Below, piece after piece: positions 33,580 to 46,659 of a DNA stretch of 64,000 nucleotides (positions are counted from its first letter, which is position 1; every line of letters begins with the position of its first letter). Origin of the DNA: Patellaria atrata CBS 101060 (Eukaryota); NCBI GenBank assembly GCA_010093705.1, contig MU006095.1, positions 310,001 through 374,000 on the forward strand, read 5' to 3'. A program made the translations under genes and the position numbers. The notes under the pieces were generated by a model that did not search any database, was not told the origin of the DNA, and worked only from the letters and a program-made list of their open reading frames with translations.

Positions 33580-35526
33580 CTTGACCACCTCCTAATGTCG
33601 GCCTTTCACACTATAGTAACTGGTCAGAAACTGCGATTGGAGAGATATATCTCAAAAAGAAAGATGCTATATCAGATATTGTTCGATAATTCGATTCGCC
33701 ATTAGCTGGAGTTGGTTCATATAATCCTCTACTCTACCCATCATCCCGAAAATACAGATAAGGCCCCTTGTCGAAAGCAGAATCTGAGTCTGACACCTCC
33801 TGGCTTTTGGCCGTATTGGGCTCAAATAATCCCGGGTCACGCAGAGACGGCTAATTGGCAGTATACAGCGTTTCGGCACCCCAACATAAGCCGATCTGGA
33901 AGATGATATCTAACTGTTCTGTATCAACAATATCATCTCGAACCATCATTAGAACAGACAACTTTTGCGATGGTTTACTCAAAAGACAAAAGTTGTGACT
34001 AAGGTATATCTTGTTAATGGAAATCCTGCTTCCTAAGGTAATTGATTCTTAAATCTCTGAACGTTGAAATTTTGTGACCTGAAAGGAGATGAAGCCAAGA
34101 GCTTGAGATCTGCAACTAGTTGCTTATTAAGATATGTACGTAAGTTAGAACTAGGACTGGTGAGGTATAGTACAAAGTTCCTTAGGACTAGCTCTAGTTT
34201 GCTTTTGACACTATTTAATGTTTTGAACAAGTAGTTCTACCTTACCGTAAGGTACCTTGTATCTCATCAAAGATTCAATTTCCAAGGTAAAATTCTGAAG
34301 TCTCACAATCCAGGTAATTTCTATACTTAACCCAAGCATGTCAATAGTACAGTACCAGATCAAAGAGTCCATGACATGCACACAGGGGAGAGAAGGACAG
34401 ATGTTGTGGACAGCTCGCTTCAAGGTTCCATCTCAAATTGGACGACGACAAGTCCTTTCTTCCGTTCAACTTCATCCAACCACAATTTACTTCCAGCCTC
34501 CACCTTTTCCGTTGTTGAGAGAGGCTGGACTGTGTAACAAAATGATTCCGACTACGATAAGTCTGTTCGGGATCTCTCCCCGACTTCCATCAATAAGATG
34601 CGAATTTTTCCTCGCGATGCACCAAGTTGGACTCTGATCTTTCTGGTCAGTTTAAATTTAGCTTCAACACGGGAAAAGTATTCTACCTATTACGAACTGT
34701 AGTGATGGTAAGTTAGTCGTTCCATGTGGAGCGAGAATGAACACAGTACACTGCTATTCAGTATGCGTCCACATGGGTTTCATGGCTTTATGACAGCACG
34801 AGACGCGGCCTTTTCCCAGAGGTGCGATTGTATGTCTCTGTCTCAAATTCCTTGCTGGTTTTACCCATTCCTCACGTCATGCAGTCACTCTCCTCCAATC
34901 CAGGCATCCTTGCATACCACTTCGCCTCCAAAAGAATATCTACCTTCCACAACAGTATAATATGCGGATGCAACATATCCTCCTTTTTTTTTTCCCCTAC
35001 GTATGCACCCTCTCATATTCTCCAACTTCTTATATCCACATGTAATGTGCCATCGAACGACTCTTACGGTCCTACAGTGGACTTCAATATTAAACCCCAC
35101 GGGGGCTTGATGGTTTCGTCTGACCAACGGCCCCCTTGCATGGAGGTTTGTTATTCCCAGCGATGATCCATATCCGTAAACGATGTGTTTTCACGTCGAA
35201 CAGCCAATCATTAGTTGCGGATTCAAGTCATATCATTGAAATAGGTCACAACCTTTCAAACAAGGTACATGATGCAGCCCTGGGCATGCCTGAGATGATC
35301 CCGAAGATACACATAACCGCTGTATCCTAACCGAACATCTCAATTTGAGTCTACGTCCTTGATCCAGTGCCATCGACCATCCCTGCGTTGGTCCGGGTCG
35401 GGAAACTCAAATAAATATCGTGCAAGTAAACACAGACTATCGATATCTACCTTATCGTCAATATTCCATCTCATATATCCTATCTTACGTGAATTTGACG
35501 TTTGCTCCGCGCAATTCAATCTCAAG

Positions 35527-36864
35527 ATGCCAGGTATCAAACCCTTGGAACCTTATCCCTCACAGGAAACGTACAGTCCAGCATCTGAAAATGTCGGACC
35601 ATCTGGAGAAGAATTTTACAGTAACAAGTCACCACCCTTATCACCTAGAAGTGCAGAGGAAATTTGGGACGAAGCAGTTCAAAAGGTCCATCAGCGCATA
35701 GTAAGAAATAGTCGAAAGAGTTCTACCATCATAGGATCCCCTCCGCCTCCAAAATCCAAACGCGCATCGACTGCAACAGAACTCGAAATCATCTCAAGTT
35801 ATGGCCGTCGCACATATTACGAGCAAAGAGATCCTCTATCTCCGATCATCGACCCACCACCACCATCTCCAGTTGTTAGTGGAAGCGCCAGCACAACTAC
35901 TATGTTCAGATTTGTGGAGCTTGATTTTGGTTTCCTTGACCGACCTTACACCCCTTCTTCTAATGAGGACGCAATTCCAAGCCCTCTATCTCCAAATCAG
36001 CAAAACCTGGCCTCAACAGACCTCACACGTTTACTTTCTGAAGAACAATCAAATTACCGCTATCCCCTCATGGATCCCTCCACACCCAGTCCAGCCGGGC
36101 TTCGCATCCGTCCTAAAGAGGAAACGAAATCTCCGAGCCCTAAGGACTCATCGCCACTTATTTTCATTCCCGCCGGTCAGGTTCGCAGTCCTGCCACTAT
36201 TCCGCGTAAACCCCTGCCAACCGGTGCGGCCAACGCAGGAATTCAGTTCCATCATTCGCCTTACCAGCATACTCTTGGAGCTGCTACACCGCCGCAGTCA
36301 AGTAGCGGGGCAAATGGTGAGACGCTTGTCAACAGTCCCTTCTCAATCCCTAATCTACTCGTAAAAGCGCATTCGCGGTCGCATCGCGAACGTCAGTCCG
36401 TATCATTTATCAAGGGACATTCTCGATCAAAGACAGGATCGAGAGCCGACTCTGTTCTTGTCCCACTTTCGCCAACGCGACAGGCTAGTCACACGCTCCA
36501 GGTTCAGTCGGGCTGGTATGCGGATGCCGATGATGAAGACGAAGGTAACAGGGATGATGAGAAGGCGAGACTGATTGATTATCTAGCGTTCAAGTGGGTT
36601 GGACGTAGAGGTTCAAGGTCCTCCTCAAACGTTCATGAAAACGGGAATGGGAATAGCGGCTTTTGGGTGAGGGCCAGTGAAAATGGCACATTGCTGGGAG
36701 GAGATCGTGGGGAATGTCAGAACCTATGGGGTGCACAGCTAGAGCAGGAAAGGAGACAGGAGCGGAATAGGGGTAAGGATGGCCATGGAGTGAACAAAGG
36801 AAGACGGTCAAGTTTGAGGAGCAGTCTATCGGGGTTGATGGGGTGTAGGTGTGATAGGGAGTGA
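35527..36864 (+). CDS. Hypothetical Ser/Pro-rich, likely disordered protein
   Basis: Open frame of ~445 codons from ATG 35527 with biased S/P composition and no recognisable domain. Confidence 0.6.
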   Translation: MPGIKPLEPYPSQETYSPASENVGPSGEEFYSNKSPPLSPRSAEEIWDEAVQKVHQRIVRNSRKSSTIIGSPPPPKSKRASTATELEIISSYGRRTYYEQRDPLSPIIDPPPPSPVVSGSASTTTMFRFVELDFGFLDRPYTPSSNEDAIPSPLSPNQQNLASTDLTRLLSEEQSNYRYPLMDPSTPSPAGLRIRPKEETKSPSPKDSSPLIFIPAGQVRSPATIPRKPLPTGAANAGIQFHHSPYQHTLGAATPPQSSSGANGETLVNSPFSIPNLLVKAHSRSHRERQSVSFIKGHSRSKTGSRADSVLVPLSPTRQASHTLQVQSGWYADADDEDEGNRDDEKARLIDYLAFKWVGRRGSRSSSNVHENGNGNSGFWVRASENGTLLGGDRGECQNLWGAQLEQERRQERNRGKDGHGVNKGRRSSLRSSLSGLMGCRCDRE

Positions 36865-38476
36865 TAGGGAGTGAAGGGTCAGGGGAGAAAGAGAACGACG
36901 AGTGTCGTGTAATGCGATTATGGGAGATTAACGGCCGAGACGGTGGGCATGAACGTCACGATGAAATGGAGAGAGGGATATTTTCGTTTGTACGGTACGG
37001 TACGGGTGGGGAATCGGGAACGGGACGGGAGCAAACGACTAATATGCAACGGCCGGCAACCGGGTATTTACCATCCGCTCAAAAATCATTCACTCCTTGG
37101 CTACGGTACTCTCGGCTCATAAATGGCGTCTTTGTTTAAGCAAATTCTTAGTCTAATAATGTCTTTTCTTTTAAGACCCCCTTACTGACATCATATCGGT
37201 TCGTTATATTGCTGCGTTGTACCTTGTTTTTCCTGTACCTGTACACTAATGTAGATGTAGCACTCCCACAGTGAGCATGGTTGAAGCATCTTCTATGCAT
37301 AAGCAATGGATCGTTCTACTACCTGGGTAGTTGCGCAATTCTGTCACTTCCCGTCAGCCGCGATGGCAAAATGTACAGCGTCTACCAGAAAATCGTCTTC
37401 GGTGACACAACGCGGTGTTACAGTGCCTGTAAGCCATACTTCGCATCGTTCTGATCTAGATTGCTGTTTGAACCCAATGTCGTCTCACACAAACTACATT
37501 TCCACTCTAGGTTTCTCTAATTTTCACAGGATGTTCCGTTCTTAAAGCACGGTCATCATCGTCATTCTCTAACAACTTCCGATCAATCACAAATACCCCT
37601 AAGCCACAACTTTCATCACATCCACAACAGAAATTTGATATTCTTCCCGCTGAGAACTCTATGCATAACCTCTACGGAGCATAACACGGCGTAAACTATT
37701 CTCCACAATCCCACTTCTTTCTAATTTCATACTTTACGATTGAAGACAGCATTTGTGTTCTCGACGTAGTTTCACGTATGGCTGATATAGGTACCGTATG
37801 TAGCTGCCCGCTTCCACGCGAGGAAGAAGCTTTGGAGATGCATTCGCACGTGAGATGCGGGGAATAAACTTTTCTTTCATGAGAGAGTTAGAGTTCTCCC
37901 TGAACGAATAGAATAAGGGAACCGTCATCGTGAGAAGGTGATTCGATACACCCCTATCACAAGTCTTATTGAAAGGGAATCCAAGAAGAGTGGTAGGTTG
38001 AGGCGGACGGAGATGGTATTAGGTACACTTGTGAGGATTGGACATTGGACAGCGAAGGTAAGGGAAGGAACTGCATCTTAAATGTTACAGAATATGCTTT
38101 CTTCTAACGGTGGGATGTGCAGACGGGGAAGAAGAGTTGCATATTTTGAAGCCTTTGTTAAAGAAGCGGGAAACGAAGAAGGCGTGCGGAGAGCGCATTG
38201 CAGTTGTCATTACATGTCAGTCTAGAAAATAGCATTGTGAGTTACCCCATAAGACAATAGGGAGTAAGTTGTCCACCTCTTTCAGGAACCGCTCGTTACT
38301 ATTTCATTATCGTTCCCTCCTCAGCTTTGAATTCCCACTCCTCTTTCTAGACCCTCTTTACTTCTCTCAGTAGATCTTGAGGTTTTCCTACCATTAGCTC
38401 CTATACTTTTATCTCCCAAATTGCTCCTTTTCCCTATCAAATACCAACACAGAGCCACCTTCTTTCAAACGTTAAT

Positions 38477-39064
38477 ATGTGCCACTACACACTTCACATC
38501 GTACGTCTTCCCTTCATCCTCACTCAGGTATCACCCCTAACCCATCAAAATCTCCCTCCAACCCGTCATCTAAACCACTGAGCTCACAACTCACCTTAGT
38601 GGACCTGCGGTGAAAGCAACTACTCGCTCGCCTCATCCTGCAGTTTCGAGCGTGCCAACAGCGCCTCGAACCCCCTACACCCCAGCATCCCTCCCATCCC
38701 ACCAACACCCTGTCCATCCCCGACTCCAGTCTCCCCTCCTCCTCCCAACCCGGCCAGGAACGAAAAGGACTACTCCACGCCACCGAAAACTTCCATCCCA
38801 AACCCAACATGCAAAGCCATCTCCCCACAAATCATCATCCCCCTAACCCTTGACCTCATAGCCCTCTCTCAGGGTCGCGTGACAGCGATGTCGGGAGTAG
38901 AAATGATGGCAAGGGGACCGTCAGATGGGAAAGATATCCATCTTCCTGTCTCGGAGATTGGTAAGGCGTCGAATATTGAGATGAGAAAGAGGATTGGGGG
39001 TTGTAATGTTTTTGAGGTCGTATTGCATAAGAAGGAAGTGGTGGGTTGTTGGGCTTTGTGTTAA
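38477..39064 (+). CDS. Small hypothetical Cys-containing protein (~162 aa), two exons 38477-38500 and 38600-39064
   Basis: ATG, then GTACGT intron..TTAG. The join gives MCHYTLHI-WTCGESNY..C, a Pro-rich middle and GCWALC*. The frame is open throughout. Confidence 0.55.
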
Positions 39065-40278
39065 GAGTCCTGTACGCAGGAGTTTGGGGCGAGGGTGAGG
39101 AGTTCTTTTAGGGGGTAGTAAGGGGGTTGTGACAAAGGAAAGAGAGTTGGACTGGAAAGGGATGGGTTTCCCTTTTTGGTGGAAGGAGAGCCTGGAGTAG
39201 TAATGTTCGGGTTCACAGACGCAAATATACTTATAATTTCCAGGCTCTTTCTAATATTATGGCATTGATTTGGAAAAGGGATGTGTCTGATGGAGTTACA
39301 TTGCCCTTGTGTAGACGATATTCTCTTTGCGCTATGCCTATTTTGTACTAGTTCATCAACGGTTATTGATCTCTTAACGGTTTATCAACCTCTTCACTTC
39401 ACTTCGTCTGATCATCCTTTCTATCTCACTCATCCGGTATATGCTACCGTTTTGCCTGTGTCTGAAGTGCATATATCTAAACTGCGATCCAGGAGCGATT
39501 TTCAAGCATTGTGTTGACCACGAGTAGAGTCACACTAACAGTTGGTTAGGGCTGTCGTTCTGTAAACACGTAATCGTCATACTATGATGGTGAATCAATT
39601 CGATGATTCAACGCCGTTGTGTTTTCATTGATTGTGTGAGCATCGTACAAGTGCTGTTTCTTTGTTCCATTAGGACAGTACCACATGTCCTCTTTGGACA
39701 ATCATCCGGCTACGAGCGTGTCGGGATAAATATCAGATATGATTCATCCATGTAGTACTAAGAATTACTCCTTACTGATGCTGGTTATCACCATTTCATG
39801 ATTCAGTTTTTATCGCATAGGTAGGTCAGATATACTTTATTCACTTTCCTGTCCCAAACAAGAGTCATTCCTGGTTGAATGATAATCATGATCATCATCA
39901 ATTCTTTACTTTGTGTCAGCTTAATGCTTGTACATCATGCATGATTAATAGTGAAATAAGGTTGTCAATAGGGAAATAGTAAGGTAGTAATTATGAACAC
40001 AATTTTGGCAGGTGCAACCACCCGTAATGTGTCAGTTCTCTCTCCTATTTATCTTTTCAATGTAGAATGACTCTCTCAACGCACACATTATCTAACAACT
40101 GTTCTTACTCACCTCATCTTTAACCCTCTAATCCTTCTTTCTACATTTCCTTTTTTGAACTCGATTCTAGTTTGAGTCGAGTTCAGTACTCACATCGCGC
40201 CATCTGGAATCTGTGACCTCTCACTCCGCAGCTCTGATTGTATTCGAGCTTCTATCCTTTATCCAACTATTCTTCCCA

Positions 40279-42668
40279 ATGAAGACGCTACCTTGGACGC
40301 TCTTACTCACGGTGGGACCTTCGATGGCCAATATTATTTTTCATAAAGTACAACCTTTATGTGACTTCTCTGCTGCTGGATATACAGGGTGTCTTAGCGG
40401 TCAACAGTGCGTGAGCAACAATACGTTAGTAGAAAATGTTCGTGAGATTCATATTTAAAGACTTAATACCTTCTTAGGTGTATCGTTTCTTCGCGCGATA
40501 TTCTTCCTATTGCCGGACCACTAGCTGCGGCTGCAGAACCTCCCCGAGACGATGGAAGATGCGGCCAGGATTTCAATGGTGCAACTTGCAATCCCGAGGG
40601 CGAGTACGGCAGATGTTGCTCACAATACGGGTATGTAACTGAACTTTCAGTTATTACACGTCTCTAACAATAGTGTAGCTTCTGCGGAAAAACAAGCGCC
40701 CACTGCCTAAGTTCCCAAGGCTGCCAAAGCGGCTGTCAGGACGCTCCAACGGAAACAACGTCCGAAACTCCTACCGGTACCTCTGACACTGAACCGGTCT
40801 TGGGATCTCCCGACCAAACTACTTCTCCGGAAGACGGTCCGGAGACTATGGACGGTTCTTGTGGAGCGGATAATGGTGGAGTCGTTTGTGGAACTTGGTT
40901 TCTTGGGAGCTGTTGCTCTATGTATGGTTTTTGCGGCAATACGTACGTACGCGAATTTCCTTTCAAGGTTTCTTGCTCATCTAACTTTAATAGTACTGCT
41001 CACTGTGGTGAAGGATGCCAATCTGGTCCTTGTCTCGGCGGAGCTGTAGAGCCAGCACCGGGTCCTCAACCAGCACCTCCCCATCCTAACCCAGGTACCT
41101 TCGAAGTGACCGGCGATTGCGGTGTCCCAGTCATGCATGTCGGTCTCCTCCCAAACGGTCGTCTCGTTTTCCTAGACAAAGTCGAAAACTTCACCAAACT
41201 AAAGCTCCCTAACGGCCAATATGCATACTCTTCTGAGTACGATCCCATAACAAAAGAAAACATACCACTTGCATACGCCACAAACTCCTTCTGTGCCGGC
41301 GGTACTTTCCTCGCCGATGGCACATTCCTAGCGGTTGGCGGTAATGGTCCTCTAGAAGACGTCGACCCAACAGTGACAAACGGGTTCGACGGGATCCGCT
41401 ATCTCCGGCGCTCCTTTGACGACGCATCACTCAATGGCCAAGATTGGGCGGAACCCGGTAACAAACTCGCCAGTTCCCGCTGGTACCCCTCCGTGCAAAC
41501 AATGCCAGACGGCAGCATCCTCGTCGTATCCGGCAGCTTGAACGGTCTCGACCCCTCCGTAACCGCGAACAACAATCCCACCTACGAAATCCTCAACCCG
41601 CAAGGCATATCCACAGGCATCAACGTACCAATGGAGATCCTCGAGCTCAACCAACCATACTACATGTACCCCTTCCTGCATCTCCTCCGCGACGGCTCCA
41701 TCTTCATCTTCACATCCAAAAGCTCCCAACTCTTCTCAGTGCCCACAAACACCATCCTCCGCGCCCTCCCCGACCTCCCAGGCGGGTACAGGACCTATCC
41801 CAACACCGGCTCCTCGATCCTCCTCCCACTGTCCAAATCATCCAACTACGACCCCGACATCGTCATCTGCGGCGGCGGGGCCTATCAAGATATCACCTCT
41901 CCGACCGACGCATCGTGCGGCCGCATCCGCCCACTCGCCCCCATCCCGCACTGGGAAATGGACAGCATGCCCGAGGGCAGGGGCATGGTCGAGGCCGTCC
42001 TCCTCCCCGACGGCACCGTCCTCTGGCTCAACGGCGCTGAACGCGGCGCGCAGGGGTACGAACTCGCCGCCGACCCGGCACTTACTGCGCTGCTGTACGA
42101 TCCCGATCAACCGCTGGGACAGCGCTGGAGCACGGCGGGCACGAGCACTATACCGCGGCTTTATCACAGCGTCGCGATTTTGCTCCTCGATGGGACGGTT
42201 TTGGTCGCCGGGAGTAATCCCGTCGAACAGCCGGTCCTGACGCCTACGCCGGAGATGCCGTTTGTGACAGAGTTTCGGCTCGAGGTTTATACGCCGCCGT
42301 ACTTGTCCGGTCCTAATGCGGACAGGCGACCGACTGATATTTTTCTCTCGACCCGGAGTATCGGCATCAGTGAGGTATTCGAAATCAGCTTCACGGCTCC
42401 CCTCGGTGCGAAGGTGGCGCGGGTGGCGTTGTATTATGGGGGTTTCGTCACGCATTCGTTGCATATGGGACAGCGGAGCGTGGTGCTCGAACTCGACGAC
42501 GAAAGTGCTGATGAGGGGTTTGTGGAGGAGGTAAGAGTCAGGGAGGGAGTTAATGTGGTAAGGGTCCTCGCGCCGCCGAGTACGGAAATCGCGCCCCCGG
42601 GCCCGTATGTGGTGTTTGTGCTTGTGGATGGGGTGCCCGGATTCGGGGAGGGGGTTGTGGTCCTGTAA
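40279..42668 (+). CDS. Secreted copper radical oxidase (glyoxal oxidase-like, AA5_1) with two N-terminal CBM18 chitin-binding modules; 4 exons
   Basis: Hevein motifs DGRCG..CCSQYG/FCGKTSAHC..GCQSGC and DGSCG..CCSMYGFCGNT/AHCGEGCQSGPC. Catalytic FCAGG, RWYPS, RTYP, RLYHS, FVTHSLHMGQR, APPGPY. Introns at ~40425-40477, 40632-40678 and 40943-40993. Confidence 0.95.
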
Positions 42669-43309
42669 GGTTGGTTTTGTATAGAGGGGAGATTTTCTTT
42701 TAAAAAAAAAATAGTTGAGATGGGGTCTGGAGTTTGGGTACGGCTTTATTTGAGGTCAAACTCAGATTGAAAAGAAAAGAAAAGACATATTCTTATGCAT
42801 ATTTACAATACGTCTGATGATTGGGGCACCGTGGATCGGTACGTAAGATGTGATATGAGGTCGGTACTACCTTAAACTACCTCAGAATCCCCATTCCGAC
42901 CCAGTGATCTCAGTATCTCCATCCCTCCTTTAATCCTCATTTATAACACAAAGCGCATAATATAAGAAGTCAAGTCTGATTACCAGGTCCCAAAAATATT
43001 GTCATTACTGTTTTAGGGGTTTATAAGAGTAGTAAGGGTAGGTAGATCTAGGGTGGTGGTATCCATCCAACAACAGAACTCAACTCTACGCTCCATAAAA
43101 CTCCTGTCTTACACGCACGAGCATGTGTCCAAACCCTCTATCCAAATCCAATTAACTACACAATTAAGAAATTAAGAATATAGCAACCAATCTCACGCCC
43201 TCACTATACAAAGAACTCCCATTACTAATAATAAATCTACACTTCCTTTTCGTCTACGATATCTCTCCCACAGTCTCAAATTAAGAACCCAAGTCGCGGT
43301 ACGAGTATG

Positions 43310-46063
43310 CTAGAAATGCTCGACGAAATTCTTGCGCACGGTCCACATGCGGGCGCGCTTTCCGTAGATGTACATGGGGATTGTGGAGACGAGGCAGGCG
43401 AGCTGGGCGCCGCCGACGATGAGGAAGACGCTCTTGGGGCCCGTGTGCTCGAGCCAGTTTGCGAAGAAGAGGGAGAAGACGAGGCCGTGGAAGATGTCTG
43501 GTTTCTCGTTAGCGATGTTCTTGTTTGGATCGTGGGGTTGGGGGGAAGAGGGTTATGGGAAAGAGGAGGCGATAAAATGAACTTACTCTTTGCGAAATTC
43601 AACGTGACGAGAGCCTCACCCGCATACTGCCTGTAACTATCCACGCAGAACGTAATGGCCGTGGTACTTCCGAGCGAGCAGCCGAAACTGATGACGCCGA
43701 AGAAGAAAGTCGGGACGAACCAATTATTCTTCTCCTCTGCGGACCAGCCGAAGCCCATGAGCCCGATGCCGGTCGTGATGGCGACGGGAATCGCCATGAC
43801 GAGTCTGAACTCTGGCTCGTAGATTCCATCGTTCTTGCGCGCCATGAAGCGGACGATGAAATCACTGACTTTACCCGCGACCGCGGTACCGAGAACACCG
43901 CCCACGAAAGGGCTGATGTAGACGAGACCGGTCTGGATGGCGGTGAAGTTGTAGCTTTCGTGGTTACGGTAGACCAAACTGACGGACTCGGAAAGAACAA
44001 TCAGCCATCCGATACTGAGGGAGTAGACGACGGTGCTCCAGAGAATGGATGGGTAGAGGAATAGGATGAAGGGACGGAAGGCGACCTTGAACCAGCTGTC
44101 TTGACTGAGGCGACCGGAGTAGGGTTTCAGGGAGGCTATAAAGGATTTGGGAGGTTGGGAGCGGTAGAAGGATGTGTATCTGGAGAGGCCCTGGCCGATT
44201 GGAGCTTGGGAGGGGTCGTGAGGTTTTTCGGAGTGCTGGTCGGATTGAACAGGGGATTGGACTGGAGAATGATGAGGCGAACGGATCGGAGAACGGATCG
44301 AGGAGCGCATGGGGGAGGAAGTGTCCTTCATTGAGGTACCTGATGCCCTAGGGCTCCTTATCTTCAAGATGGGCCGAGGAGGGGAGAGAGGTCTTGATGA
44401 GCTACTGGGAGCTGGATGCGTTGTGGAAGACATCGCCGCTTCCTCGTCCTTTGGTGGAACAGTTGAGTCTATAGTGAAATAATCCGGATCTTTGTTGCTT
44501 GAGCCCTCATAGAAGGGAGAGTTCAAATTGTGAAGTACTGGTGTCAAGGGAGCCTGACCAGAAGGTTGTACTCTCCAAGCATCCGAGTGAGATGCAAGCG
44601 ATGTCGACTTCTCAAGTGCAAGGCTTTGGCCGCTACGGTTCGGTGCCTTCGGCCCGTTGAAAATACCGGGAGAAGGGTCATCCTGGCCAGAGCTTTTAGG
44701 CGGCTCCTCGGTGGCGAAACCGACATGTGCATCTTTATTCAGGCGCCTGTGAGCTATGGACCCAGGTGAGGCCGGAAGCACAAGGTTAAAGCCCGGAACA
44801 GCATTGGGATCAGAAGTACCGTCTACACCTTGGGTACTTTTATTACTTTGATGCCGTCGAAAATGAGAAGCAAAGCTGACGCGACTACCGCCATCATGTT
44901 TGGTCTTGTGATGGTGAGGTCGTGGAGTCCTATCCCAAAACGTCTCTGGTACGAACAAAAACAGCAAGGCGAGACACAAGCCAATGACGATGGTAAGCAT
45001 CCTACTGATGTCAGCTGATCGAATTTAGATAATGGAACTCTCAAAACTCACCAGAATATCCATCTCCAACCTAGTGATTCGGAAATGATAGCACTCACAA
45101 GCGGGATCAAATTCTTACCCGAAAGTAGAAGGAGGGTGTAGATTCCCAATCGATATGCTCTTTCGTGCAAGAAGAAGATTTCGGCAATAGTGGCAGACGG
45201 AAGGCATTCTACCGGACTGACTGCCATACCTTGGACGATTCTTGCGATGAGCATAGAGTTAAAGCTAGGAGACAAGGCACACCATACGGTGCTCAAAATG
45301 AACAGGACGGCTGTGACGAGATATACTGTTCTCTTTCCGAATAAGATGGCAGTTGGTGATGTAATAACACTGCCAACGCCGAGACCCATCATATACAAAC
45401 CAGTAGTGAGTGCGACTCTAGGTTCGGATACGTGAAAGGCTTCGGACACATCCATGAAAGCGGCTGCTAGAATCGGTGTCGTACCTCCTCCTAGCATACA
45501 GTACAAGCCCAAAGATAGCAAAGCGGCATCACGTCTCTTACTAGACCAGTTGAGTGGATCGTTCGGAGATTCATCGGGCTGAGGGTCCAAGATGATGGCG
45601 CCGTCCTCGGTACGTTTTGGTTGTGGATGGCTCGAAGCACGACTGATCGGCCGAGAATGGGGGTATGGAGAAGGGAAGGGCGAAGCTGACATGCGTGTTG
45701 GAACATTCTGCAAACCCAGAGGCTCATTGTGGTCTGCGGGTTTCGATAACAGAAGAATGGAGCCTGTTGCACGCGGTTTGTCAGCATGGCTGTGATCTTG
45801 GGTTGCGTCTCAATACACGAAGGGTAGTAGTTCTCTAGGAAAATGTCCAATTGTACATTTCCTCAAGAACAATATTAGATGCTAAAGAAGGATAATTTCA
45901 CGAACCAGGCACTTCATCGGTAAATTTATCATTCAAGATCCCTAAGTTCCATTTGGGCCGTGTCTGAGCATTGAGATCTTTCTCATTCGAGATTGTCGTG
46001 GTGGGACTAGAACTGAGCGATGGGGCAGATGGCGCAGGGGGCGCCGCACGGGATTTCCTCCAT
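43310..46063 (-). CDS. MFS transporter (DHA1/HOL1-like subfamily) with a long Ser/Pro-rich central loop
   Basis: KWNLGILNDKFTDEVPG, LDPQPDESPNDPLNW, FGKRTVY, IAEIFFLHERAYRLG, LGWRW, VPETFWDR, YEPEFRL; ends YGKRARMWTVRKNFVEHF*. The start codon is inferred. Confidence 0.9.
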
Positions 46064-46617
46064 CTTTGCATCATGAGCAGAACGAGATGTGTTATCTCTG
46101 CATATGGGGAGAGTGAGGAGGATTAGATGTCGCGAGTAGGTGACAGGATCAAGGTAAGAGGATACAGTAACTCCAGGGTCTCAACACACATAAAAATGAA
46201 GAGGAGTAGTAGGTGGGAAGGACGGATGTAGAGGGGAGGATGTTCAGATTTATGTGATATGGACTCTAGGCGATAAAGGTGGTGGACTGGAGGAGGTGTA
46301 GGTGGGATAGGATAGGGTGGTGAGGAAGGTCATCCGGACAGCTTCAGCTGCTTCTCGAGCTTCTTGGACGACAAAGGTCGAAAAGCTTATAATGGCTCCG
46401 ACAAGACAAGGCTTCCGGACACTACTGGTTAATAATGAGTTAAGGTTACCTTGGTATTGTGCAGTCAGACGGGCATTTATGGGTAATTGACTGATTGTAT
46501 GGGAAACGGTGACTGTGTAAGGAATGTATTCGATACACCGACACGACTGAGCGGTCATGGGCGGGGATGCGTGTACGGGAGGGATTGATCGGGAGGAATG
46601 CTGTAAGGTAGGAAAGG

Positions 46618-46659
46618 TAAGGAATAAGGAATAAGGAATGAGGAATAAGGAATAAGGAA
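46618..46659 (+). repeat. 7-bp tandem repeat (TAAGGAA)x~6 upstream of the MFS gene
   Basis: taaggaa taaggaa taaggaa tgaggaa taaggaa taaggaa read directly. Confidence 0.9.
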
